DNA of 64,000 nucleotides, taken from a virus. Of this stretch, positions 35,036-42,210 are shown in pieces (within the stretch, counting starts at the first letter, position 1; every line of letters begins with the position of its first letter). The stretch lies in IMG/VR virus record IMGVR_UViG_3300045988_159959; one strand, 5' to 3'. Under the pieces are notes generated by a model. It did not search any database, had not been told where the DNA came from, and saw only the letters and a list, made by a program, of their open reading frames with translations. Made by a program: the position numbers and the translations under genes.

Positions 35036-35059
35036 CAAATGTAACAATATACTGTTACA
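35036..35059 (-). promoter_or_regulatory. Palindrome plus -7 box on the minus strand
   Basis: The minus strand reads TGTAACAgtatatTGTTACATTTG, followed by TTATAAGTAACAAAC and then the ATG at 35000. Confidence 0.6.
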
Positions 35060-35104
35060 TCTCCAAGTAATTTTGTACATTTTTGTCTTGAAATTGTCAG
35101 ATTT

Positions 35105-35617
35105 CTAAATCAGCCCTTTTCGTCTTGCATATTCGGCAATCAAAATACCATCCCTATCCGGGTGTTTTATAAGTACTTCCGGGAACAACCTTTTCCCTAT
35201 ATCCAAAGAAGCCTTTTTAAGCTCTGGTGCACCTGTAATCCCCTTTGGTAATAGCTCTCTTTGCCATTCCTTAGAATCCACAAAAATGTATGGCACTTGG
35301 TAAAGCTCCAGTACGGTTAATTCTGCCTCCAATGCACGCATAGCAGAACAAGTCGCTTCAAAGCGTGCAGGATTCTTCATGGGACGTTCAACGATCGCAA
35401 CGCATGGTGCGTGTTCTTGTAGGTCTGCAATAATTTCCGCCAACACCTTTACATCCACACGAGAGATATTTTTCTTTGTTTTTGTATAATCCTGACCGGA
35501 AATAACAGGTGTTTTTACCATATTGTAATAGGTGAGGTCTTTCCCTACTGTTCCGATCGAACCGGTTACACCGTTGTCTATCCCAATGTAAAATTTCAAT
35601 TCTGTTTCTTTACTCAT
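35105..35617 (-). CDS. ruvC: RuvC-like Holliday junction resolvase
   Basis: YIGIDNGVTGS (first Asp), VAIVERP (Glu), C-terminal HPDRDGILIAEYA. Size and order fit the RuvC fold. Confidence 0.65.
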   Translation of the reverse strand: MSKETELKFYIGIDNGVTGSIGTVGKDLTYYNMVKTPVISGQDYTKTKKNISRVDVKVLAEIIADLQEHAPCVAIVERPMKNPARFEATCSAMRALEAELTVLELYQVPYIFVDSKEWQRELLPKGITGAPELKKASLDIGKRLFPEVLIKHPDRDGILIAEYARRKGLI

Positions 35618-38025
35618 TGTTCAATACGGCTTATACCGTTCTCCTTTATTATTTTAAGTGTTTTACACTTAGCGTTTTCATTCGAAATATGGGTAGTAAC
35701 CAAAATAGGATACTGAATAAATTCCAATGCTTCGATCACATCATACAGACTTTCTTTCGATAACCCTTCTGTGATTTCATCAATGGATAGGAATTGTAAG
35801 CCTCCCCATCTGTTTGTTTCGTTTATCATATTCTGGATAGCGATAATAAGAGCTATTTCTACCCTTGCACGCTCGCCACCACTGTAGTACCAAAAGTTTT
35901 CTGCTTCGTCCCGGACGACATACGGAGTTATTTCTTCTTTGATATCTCCGTCCGCTTTTGTCTTAAATCCTTCTATTAAGATACGAAGGTCGCTATTTTC
36001 TGCTTTCAGGATATTGTTCGCTCTTGATTGAATATTTTTCAACTGTTCCAACGCAAGGTACATTTTGAAAGACTTAAACCTACCGATCCATTCTTTTTTC
36101 TTGAATAGAAGGGCATCCAAATCGGAAAGCTCTTTGTCGTATCCGGCAATCGAAAGCATAGTGTCCTCTATTTGTTTTTCTTGTGAAGACACATCCACTT
36201 TCGTAGCTTTTTCTTTCTTGATTTCCTTTATCTGCTTTTCATTGTCTTTGATATCGACCAAGTTGGATTCAACCTTTTCAGACAAAGATTTCTTTTTTCT
36301 TTCCAAAAAAGAAATGGTACTTTTAGTCTGTTCAATATCATCATTGATCTTGTAAAGAGAAGTATTGATTTCTTGTGCCGACTGACGAATCTTGTCGATT
36401 TCATCTTCTTGTTCGTTTTTCAATTGAATGAAAGAAGAAATAAGTTCTTCATATTCTTTCAAAGATTCGTCCAAGGATTCCATCTCGGTAACAACTTCCT
36501 TCTCCTGTTTTCCTATTTTCACCTTCTTCTTTTCTTCCTGTTCCAGTGTAGTGTCTTTCAGTGTAAGGAATTTGTGCTTACATTTTGGGCAAGTAATCGC
36601 ACCGGATAAGTTTACAAGGACTTTTCTAAGGGACACTTTCAGTTCATCATGAATTTTTGAAAGTTCTTCTTTCATTTCCAACACTTCATTCTGATTTGCT
36701 TTTGTTTCCCCCAATTCCTTTTTAACAGATTCAATCACTTCCTGAATTTCTTTGGTAGAAGGAAGTTGGTTTTTCTTCTTTTCTTCTTCTTTTAAAAGAG
36801 CTTCCAGTTCTTCCAAAGTGGAATTATTTTCCTTGATGCTTTTGTCTGCACGACCAATTTCATACCGGAAAGAATCAATTTCTTCTTTCAGAGATTTTAT
36901 CATACCTTCTCTTTTTTCGATACGAAATAGTTTGTCGGCTTCAAAGTCAAAATTGGCAGCATCTTCTATTACCTGTTTTAGTGCCTCTATACTACCTTCC
37001 GCACGATCCTTTTTGCTTTGAATAGCAAGTTTTTGAGAAGATAAAGTATCCAGTTCTTTTTGAATGATATCTTTTGTTCCGTCCAAAAAGTCGTAATTAA
37101 TAAACCGGCTGATAAGAGCCAACTTATCCGTATTGGAGCTTTTAAAGAACGATTTGTAGTATTCCTTACAAATAAGGAAATAGCTTTTCAAATCTTCCGG
37201 AGAAATAGCGATCCAAGAAAGGATATAGTTATTCCCATCTTTTACGGTAGCAAGTTCTACCGGTTTACCGTTCAAAGACACATTTAGTTTACTGCTTCCT
37301 TTTAAGGGCAAAATGCGCTCGATAGAGAGAGTTTCTTTTCTTATTGGACACTCTATATCTAAAGAAACTTTTGCTTCCTTCTCACCCCTTCTAATGAGCT
37401 TTTTATCCACACTGCTTCGGTAATTGTTCCCGGTAACGGCAAAATAGACAGCTTGCTGCATGGATGAATTATGGGTAGGAATGTAGTTGTTTGTAACAAA
37501 CATACCGTCTTCACTGGAAACAGTTATGCACTGTTGTTCTTCCGCACCCAAACAAGTGAAGGCAATCATCTTTCGGGAAGGTTTACTCAAGCATTCCGGC
37601 ACTTCAAAAAAGACTTCTTCGTCTTTCGATCTTTTCATGATTTCTTCAAGCGAGATTACATACCAGTCTTCGCCTTTATGCAAACGTACTTTCCATAAGT
37701 GACTTCTGTTGCATTTGACTTCCGTCCCGTCAGAAAATGTAATCTTATAGGCAATGTCAATGTCATGGAAAGGAATAGCTCTTACCACTTGATACGCACC
37801 GGAAGGATGAAGGATAACATCTCCTACCTTTATTTCTCTCATTTTTACAAACCCATTAGGAGTAAGGATGTCTGCATCCATTGTTAAGGCTTTCCCGCTA
37901 CCATTACTTCCTTGATTGTCGTCTGTTTTATTTAACCCTACAAGTGCAGTTACCCCATCTTGAAATTCGTATTTAAAGTGTTCAAATGACACGAAATTTG
38001 TTGCTTCAATTCTAATCGGCTTCAT
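35614..38025 (-). CDS. sbcC: SbcC/Rad50-like (T4 gp46-like) ATPase, interrupted by a mini-intein
   Basis: The Walker A motif GSNGSGK|..|SS is split by an intein. Long coiled-coil with a CPKC zinc hook; signature YSGGERA; Walker B LQFLSIDE. The ATG at 38025 is preferred to 38100. Confidence 0.85.
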   Translation of the reverse strand: MKPIRIEATNFVSFEHFKYEFQDGVTALVGLNKTDDNQGSNGSGKALTMDADILTPNGFVKMREIKVGDVILHPSGAYQVVRAIPFHDIDIAYKITFSDGTEVKCNRSHLWKVRLHKGEDWYVISLEEIMKRSKDEEVFFEVPECLSKPSRKMIAFTCLGAEEQQCITVSSEDGMFVTNNYIPTHNSSMQQAVYFAVTGNNYRSSVDKKLIRRGEKEAKVSLDIECPIRKETLSIERILPLKGSSKLNVSLNGKPVELATVKDGNNYILSWIAISPEDLKSYFLICKEYYKSFFKSSNTDKLALISRFINYDFLDGTKDIIQKELDTLSSQKLAIQSKKDRAEGSIEALKQVIEDAANFDFEADKLFRIEKREGMIKSLKEEIDSFRYEIGRADKSIKENNSTLEELEALLKEEEKKKNQLPSTKEIQEVIESVKKELGETKANQNEVLEMKEELSKIHDELKVSLRKVLVNLSGAITCPKCKHKFLTLKDTTLEQEEKKKVKIGKQEKEVVTEMESLDESLKEYEELISSFIQLKNEQEDEIDKIRQSAQEINTSLYKINDDIEQTKSTISFLERKKKSLSEKVESNLVDIKDNEKQIKEIKKEKATKVDVSSQEKQIEDTMLSIAGYDKELSDLDALLFKKKEWIGRFKSFKMYLALEQLKNIQSRANNILKAENSDLRILIEGFKTKADGDIKEEITPYVVRDEAENFWYYSGGERARVEIALIIAIQNMINETNRWGGLQFLSIDEITEGLSKESLYDVIEALEFIQYPILVTTHISNENAKCKTLKIIKENGISRIEQ
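37468..37890 (-). mobile_element. 141-aa mini-intein, Ala1 with a WCT triplet (class 3-like)
   Basis: Starts ALTMDADILTPNG directly after GSGK and ends IPTHN|SS. Block B is NRSHLW (His then Trp two residues later). Block F is QQCITV (Cys where Asp is usual). Block G is THN. No endonuclease domain. Confidence 0.7.
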
Positions 38026-39094
38026 TTTCTTCTTCCTTGTTTTCAAATGTTGTTTCTTTCTTTCTGAACGTATCAAGAACGTCCTTTTTGATCTTTTCAA
38101 ACAGTTTTGTGTCTTCCAAAAGGCGTTTTCTTGCTTTCGGGAACCCGAATCCTATTTTTTCTTCCCCATAATAGATGTAGGTTCCCTTTTTGGAAAGCAC
38201 ACTCAAATCAAGTCCCATATTTACAATTTCCATCACCTTGTCAATACCTACCCCAAACCGGATAATGATTTGACAAGTTTTAAAAGGCGGTGCAACCTTA
38301 TTCTTTTTACAGGTTATTTTCACCTTATTGGAAACTTGCGTTTCCCCTTCCTTTTCCGATCCCACACGAGCAAGTTCAATTCTCTGACTTGCATAGAAAG
38401 GGATAGCAAAACCTCCCGGTGTTGTGGTGGCTGCGCCATATCCACCTATATTAGATCGGATTTGATTGATACAAAAAAGAATACATCCGGTCTGCTTACA
38501 GATATTTTTCAAAATATTTACCTGGGAACTTAAAAGGCGTGCCGTAAGCCCTATATGTGCGTCCCCTGCTTCTCCATTCAAAAGAGCGGTAGGAACAAGA
38601 CCGGCAATAGAATCAATCACAACAAGACCAATAGATTCTTCATTGCACATTTCCTTTGCTATTTCAAGCACTTCTTCTGCGGTAGAAGGTTGGGAAAGGA
38701 TAAACTTGTCAGGGGACAAATCAATTCCTATTGCTTGCATGTATTTTGGGTCAACAGCGTTTTCCGTATCAAGATACCCTACTGCTTTCCCTGATTTCTG
38801 CATTTCTGTTACCAAGTGAAAAGCAATGCTTGTCTTGCCGGAAGAAAAACCTCCATAGGCTTCCACAACACGACCTTTTGCCCATCCTCCACCAAGTATT
38901 TCATCCAGCAAATAAGAACCGGAATGAACAAACTCAACATCTTGCCTTCTTCCGGCTATAGCATCCTTACCAAAACGATCTTCTATTCTTGAAATAAGAT
39001 CGCCCAAACGATTAGGTTTTTTGACTTCTACAGGTTGTTCTTCTGTTACCGTCTGGACTTCTTCTACCTTTTTAGTTTCCTTCTTTTTCGACAT
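38012..39094 (-). CDS. recA: RecA recombinase
   Basis: Walker A GGFSSGKTS; VVIDSIAGL; GDAHIGLTARLLSSQ; CINQIR; TTPGGFAIPFYASQRIEL. Collinear with bacterial RecA. Confidence 0.85.
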   Translation of the reverse strand: MSKKKETKKVEEVQTVTEEQPVEVKKPNRLGDLISRIEDRFGKDAIAGRRQDVEFVHSGSYLLDEILGGGWAKGRVVEAYGGFSSGKTSIAFHLVTEMQKSGKAVGYLDTENAVDPKYMQAIGIDLSPDKFILSQPSTAEEVLEIAKEMCNEESIGLVVIDSIAGLVPTALLNGEAGDAHIGLTARLLSSQVNILKNICKQTGCILFCINQIRSNIGGYGAATTTPGGFAIPFYASQRIELARVGSEKEGETQVSNKVKITCKKNKVAPPFKTCQIIIRFGVGIDKVMEIVNMGLDLSVLSKKGTYIYYGEEKIGFGFPKARKRLLEDTKLFEKIKKDVLDTFRKKETTFENKEEENEAD

Positions 39095-40127
39095 ACAGCA
39101 ATTTGTTTAAAATTTCCTTTCCCTCTTTTTCGTCATATCCGTTTTCTTTACAGAAAGACGAAAATCTATCTTCTATGTCCTTTGTTTCCAAAGTCTTCAC
39201 TTCTACAGTAGGAGCAAGGACTTCCTTTATTTCAATTTCCTTGAATTTCTTTTTGATATCCACACCTTCTTTTGTAAAAGCATCTTTATCAAAAGCATCA
39301 AGTGAAGATTGCTCTCCCCAAACCTCTACCCTTACACGAGCGGTAGGGTTTTCTTTCTTGAACTTGTTAATAAGTGCCACCGCTTGCTTGTGTGGTGTTT
39401 CTTCTAAGTCAATTTCCAGTTTTTTGAATACTGTCCCTTTTGTGGAAGGGATAAGATCGACTTCCAAATCAGAATCCAGAAGCCAAAAACCCTTCTTTTC
39501 ATCTTCCCCAAAATTGTTCTGTTGGACACTTCCCAAATGGTAAATGTTACTACCTACGCGTTGGTAATTATGATAGTGTCCTAAATACACTTTTTTGAAC
39601 ATCTCAAACATGGAAGGCTTTAGTTCACTTTTTACTTCTGTTCCGTCCATGTTTTTACTACCGGTTACAGCAAAATGCCCAAATAGGATATTCTTCTTTC
39701 TCTTGTCCCCGATTTCTGCCAATTCGTCAAGTAAAATGTCATCAGTGAAAAATGGCAGGAAAAAGCAATAAACCCCTTCTATCTGCATACCGTCCAATTC
39801 TTCCACCAAAGTAAAAGAAGGATGATGTTTAAAGGCTGTAAGAAATGACTTTTGACTTGAATAGGATGTTTTGTCATGATTACCGGGAATACAAACTATT
39901 TGATGTCCGTTTTCATCATACGCTTCCAGTATTTCATGAAGTGTAGAAAGGCATACTTCCCTTTGAGATACCCTGTTGTCAAAAACATCACCCAGCCAGA
40001 TATGAGTTTTAATACCCTTTTTGTCGGCTATATCCATTTCTTCCAATAAAATATCTTTTATGGTAGAAGCGTTTCCCTCTGACAGATGATGGTCGGTTGA
40101 GATTATAGCTAAATATTTTTTGCTCAT
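39072..40127 (-). CDS. sbcD: SbcD/Mre11-like (gp47-like) nuclease
   Basis: Calcineurin-type phosphoesterase motifs: STDHH, GDVFD, GNHD, GHFAV, GHYH. Confidence 0.8.
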   Translation of the reverse strand: MSKKYLAIISTDHHLSEGNASTIKDILLEEMDIADKKGIKTHIWLGDVFDNRVSQREVCLSTLHEILEAYDENGHQIVCIPGNHDKTSYSSQKSFLTAFKHHPSFTLVEELDGMQIEGVYCFFLPFFTDDILLDELAEIGDKRKKNILFGHFAVTGSKNMDGTEVKSELKPSMFEMFKKVYLGHYHNYQRVGSNIYHLGSVQQNNFGEDEKKGFWLLDSDLEVDLIPSTKGTVFKKLEIDLEETPHKQAVALINKFKKENPTARVRVEVWGEQSSLDAFDKDAFTKEGVDIKKKFKEIEIKEVLAPTVEVKTLETKDIEDRFSSFCKENGYDEKEGKEILNKLLYVEKEGN

Positions 40128-40148
40128 GTTTGTTTTGTTAGAAAGGAA

Positions 40149-40170
40149 GGGGACTGTATTTCAAGTCCCC
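40149..40170 (-). terminator. intrinsic terminator-like hairpin after the SSB gene
   Basis: GGGGACT-8 nt-AGTCCCC. On the minus strand it is followed by TTCCTTTCT. Confidence 0.45.
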
Positions 40171-40209
40171 AACCAAATTAGAAAAATATGAAAAACTAAA
40201 AAGAAGAAA

Positions 40210-41643
40210 TTATTTCTTTTTCATTCTGGCTTTCAGAGCTTGCAATCTTGCTTTAGCCTTTGAAAGTTCTTCGTCCTTATCCGTAGCATCTTCATCGACC
40301 GGGGATTCTTCTTTTGATTCTTCCTCGTTTTCCGGTTCATCGTCCGACTCCGAATCGGCTGCCGTTTCCGTAGGAGCTTCATGAAGGGTAGAATCCATGT
40401 CTTCTTCTTCCGGGAAAGGAAGTGCCTCGCCAGCTTGTGCCAGATCATACCAAGAACGAACCTCTGCTATTGTCAGATCGTCCGGCAATTCAGCTTCCGG
40501 GTATTCTTCTCCAATATAATCTTCCAAGAACTTTTTCATCTTTGAAAGAGGTGGATAAGAAGCTACTTTTGCTGCTTTTTCTTTTGCCGGTGCACTTGCC
40601 GGATTCTTTCTCGGAGCAGATTTTTCTTCTTCCTCATCTTCGTTTTCCGGTTCTTCCGCTTTCTTTGACTTAGAAGTGGATTTTGTCTTTTTGGGAGCTT
40701 CATCTTCCCCCTCATCGTCTTTGCTACCCTCTTCCGGGATCAATGCAGCCATCTCCTCTATTTCAGTAAGGAAGCCATCATCAGCAAAAATATCGTATCC
40801 GTTTTCTTCGTCAAAACGCTTCAACCCGTCAAGAGCCATATTGAAATCTTTCTGTGAATAAACGTCCTTGTAGATTTCTTCCAGCGTAGGAACTTCATTC
40901 AAGAAATATTCCATGTCTTCGTCAGGAATAGCAGTTTCTTCAAAGAAATCATCCCAAGTTTGTCCTTTTTTTGGAATACCGGCAGACAAAGAGTAAGTTT
41001 TCTTTCCTTTGTCGTCTTCCCCCATTGTGATCACAAGCGGGTATGCTCCTTCCAATTGTGAGAAGATATCGAAAGAAACCGTTTCATCGTCTGACATCTC
41101 AACCGAGATTTCTTTTATGCGCTTCATCCATGTTCCATACAACTGCAAACGGGCAAAGTCTTTCGAGCCTTGATATACGTAGCAAACATACGCCAAAGTA
41201 GGATTAATACCCCACACAAACTTGTTTCCTTTCTTGTACCCCATGATAGGATTGAGGAACTTTCTGCGCTCTGCATCATCCTGATATTCTTCGGAAGCCT
41301 TTTTCCTCACATAGTCGCAGTACAGAACAATAGGGTCTTTCCCTTTCAAAAGACTATTTCCATGAATGTCGGCACAGAAAACATTCTTGTCTTTTACCTC
41401 CTTACCGGTCACTTTACCATTCTCGTCATAAGTAGGCACTTCTACACGTAATTTGGACATTTTGCAAGCTACATAAGCCTTGCCCATTGCCGGAACAACA
41501 CGGAATACGTTCTTTCCTTTCTGGACAGTCGCAAAGCCTGTATAGCTCTTATTGCCTTTGTACATTGTTTTTTCAGCCTGCTTTACTTCCGCTTCTACAT
41601 CTTCAATTGATTGCTTCTTGAATTTCGATTTGTCAAATTTCAT
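40210..41643 (-). CDS. gp32-like single-stranded DNA-binding protein with a long acidic tail
   Basis: The layout parallels T4 gp32: N-terminal basic region, VFRVVP strand, Cys/His cluster (FCADIHG..LYCDY). The C-terminal 150 aa are rich in D/E. Sits in the replication module. Confidence 0.55.
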   Translation of the reverse strand: MKFDKSKFKKQSIEDVEAEVKQAEKTMYKGNKSYTGFATVQKGKNVFRVVPAMGKAYVACKMSKLRVEVPTYDENGKVTGKEVKDKNVFCADIHGNSLLKGKDPIVLYCDYVRKKASEEYQDDAERRKFLNPIMGYKKGNKFVWGINPTLAYVCYVYQGSKDFARLQLYGTWMKRIKEISVEMSDDETVSFDIFSQLEGAYPLVITMGEDDKGKKTYSLSAGIPKKGQTWDDFFEETAIPDEDMEYFLNEVPTLEEIYKDVYSQKDFNMALDGLKRFDEENGYDIFADDGFLTEIEEMAALIPEEGSKDDEGEDEAPKKTKSTSKSKKAEEPENEDEEEEKSAPRKNPASAPAKEKAAKVASYPPLSKMKKFLEDYIGEEYPEAELPDDLTIAEVRSWYDLAQAGEALPFPEEEDMDSTLHEAPTETAADSESDDEPENEEESKEESPVDEDATDKDEELSKAKARLQALKARMKKK

Positions 41644-41679
41644 GATTCTTTTTAATTTAATTGATTGATAAATAAATCG

Positions 41680-42210
41680 TTATTTCTCTTTTATGATTAA
41701 AAATGTGTTGATCTCACCTTCTACCAGATTGTCCAGAAATTCTTCCGGTGTCACCTTCGGAACCAACCCTGTCAATTTCTTGTCCTTTGACTGTAAAGCC
41801 CAATAGAGACTGTCTATTTCCGCCAAATGCTTTTTCTTTTTGACCAAATCCTTTTGCATGGCATGTAGTTCCGGGTTGATTGTCAAAATATCGTCCAAAG
41901 AACTTTCCGTAAGTTTCACAAGTCCTATGTCTTCTACCTTCACCTTTCCACCGTTTACAATAGATTCACGTCTTATCTGTGTGGCAAGTTGCGCTTTATA
42001 GACATTAAATTCCACTTTTGCAGATTCATATTCCGATTCTGCTTGTGACCTAAGAAGCCCTACTTTATTCAGTAAGACGGAACAAGTAGCGATTTCTCCA
42101 TATAAATTAGCGTGATCTATGGAAGTTACTGCGTCCATGTCCAATTCGTTTTTCAAATCATTGGAGAGTAAAACTATTGCTTTATCTCCTATATTTCTTA
42201 CCAATTTCAT
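41680..42210 (-). CDS. hypothetical protein (176 aa) between SSB and DnaE
   Basis: ATG ORF overlapping the dnaE stop. Helical and charged. Confidence 0.6.
   Translation of the reverse strand: MKLVRNIGDKAIVLLSNDLKNELDMDAVTSIDHANLYGEIATCSVLLNKVGLLRSQAESEYESAKVEFNVYKAQLATQIRRESIVNGGKVKVEDIGLVKLTESSLDDILTINPELHAMQKDLVKKKKHLAEIDSLYWALQSKDKKLTGLVPKVTPEEFLDNLVEGEINTFLIIKEK

Noticed and set aside
38026-38100. N-terminal extensions suggested by the ORF track for the SbcC-like gene (38100), the Bro-like gene (12523), TnpB-2 (5348), ORF 17664, ORF 7712 and the dnaE C-fragment (45101).
   Set aside because: The dnaE C-fragment, TnpB-2, Bro-like and 17664 track starts are TTG codons. Several extensions overlap the preceding gene or give basic low-complexity leaders. 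Internal ATGs reproduce the canonical N-termini (MKPIRIEATNF, MGELKIF, MIKSFKYRL).
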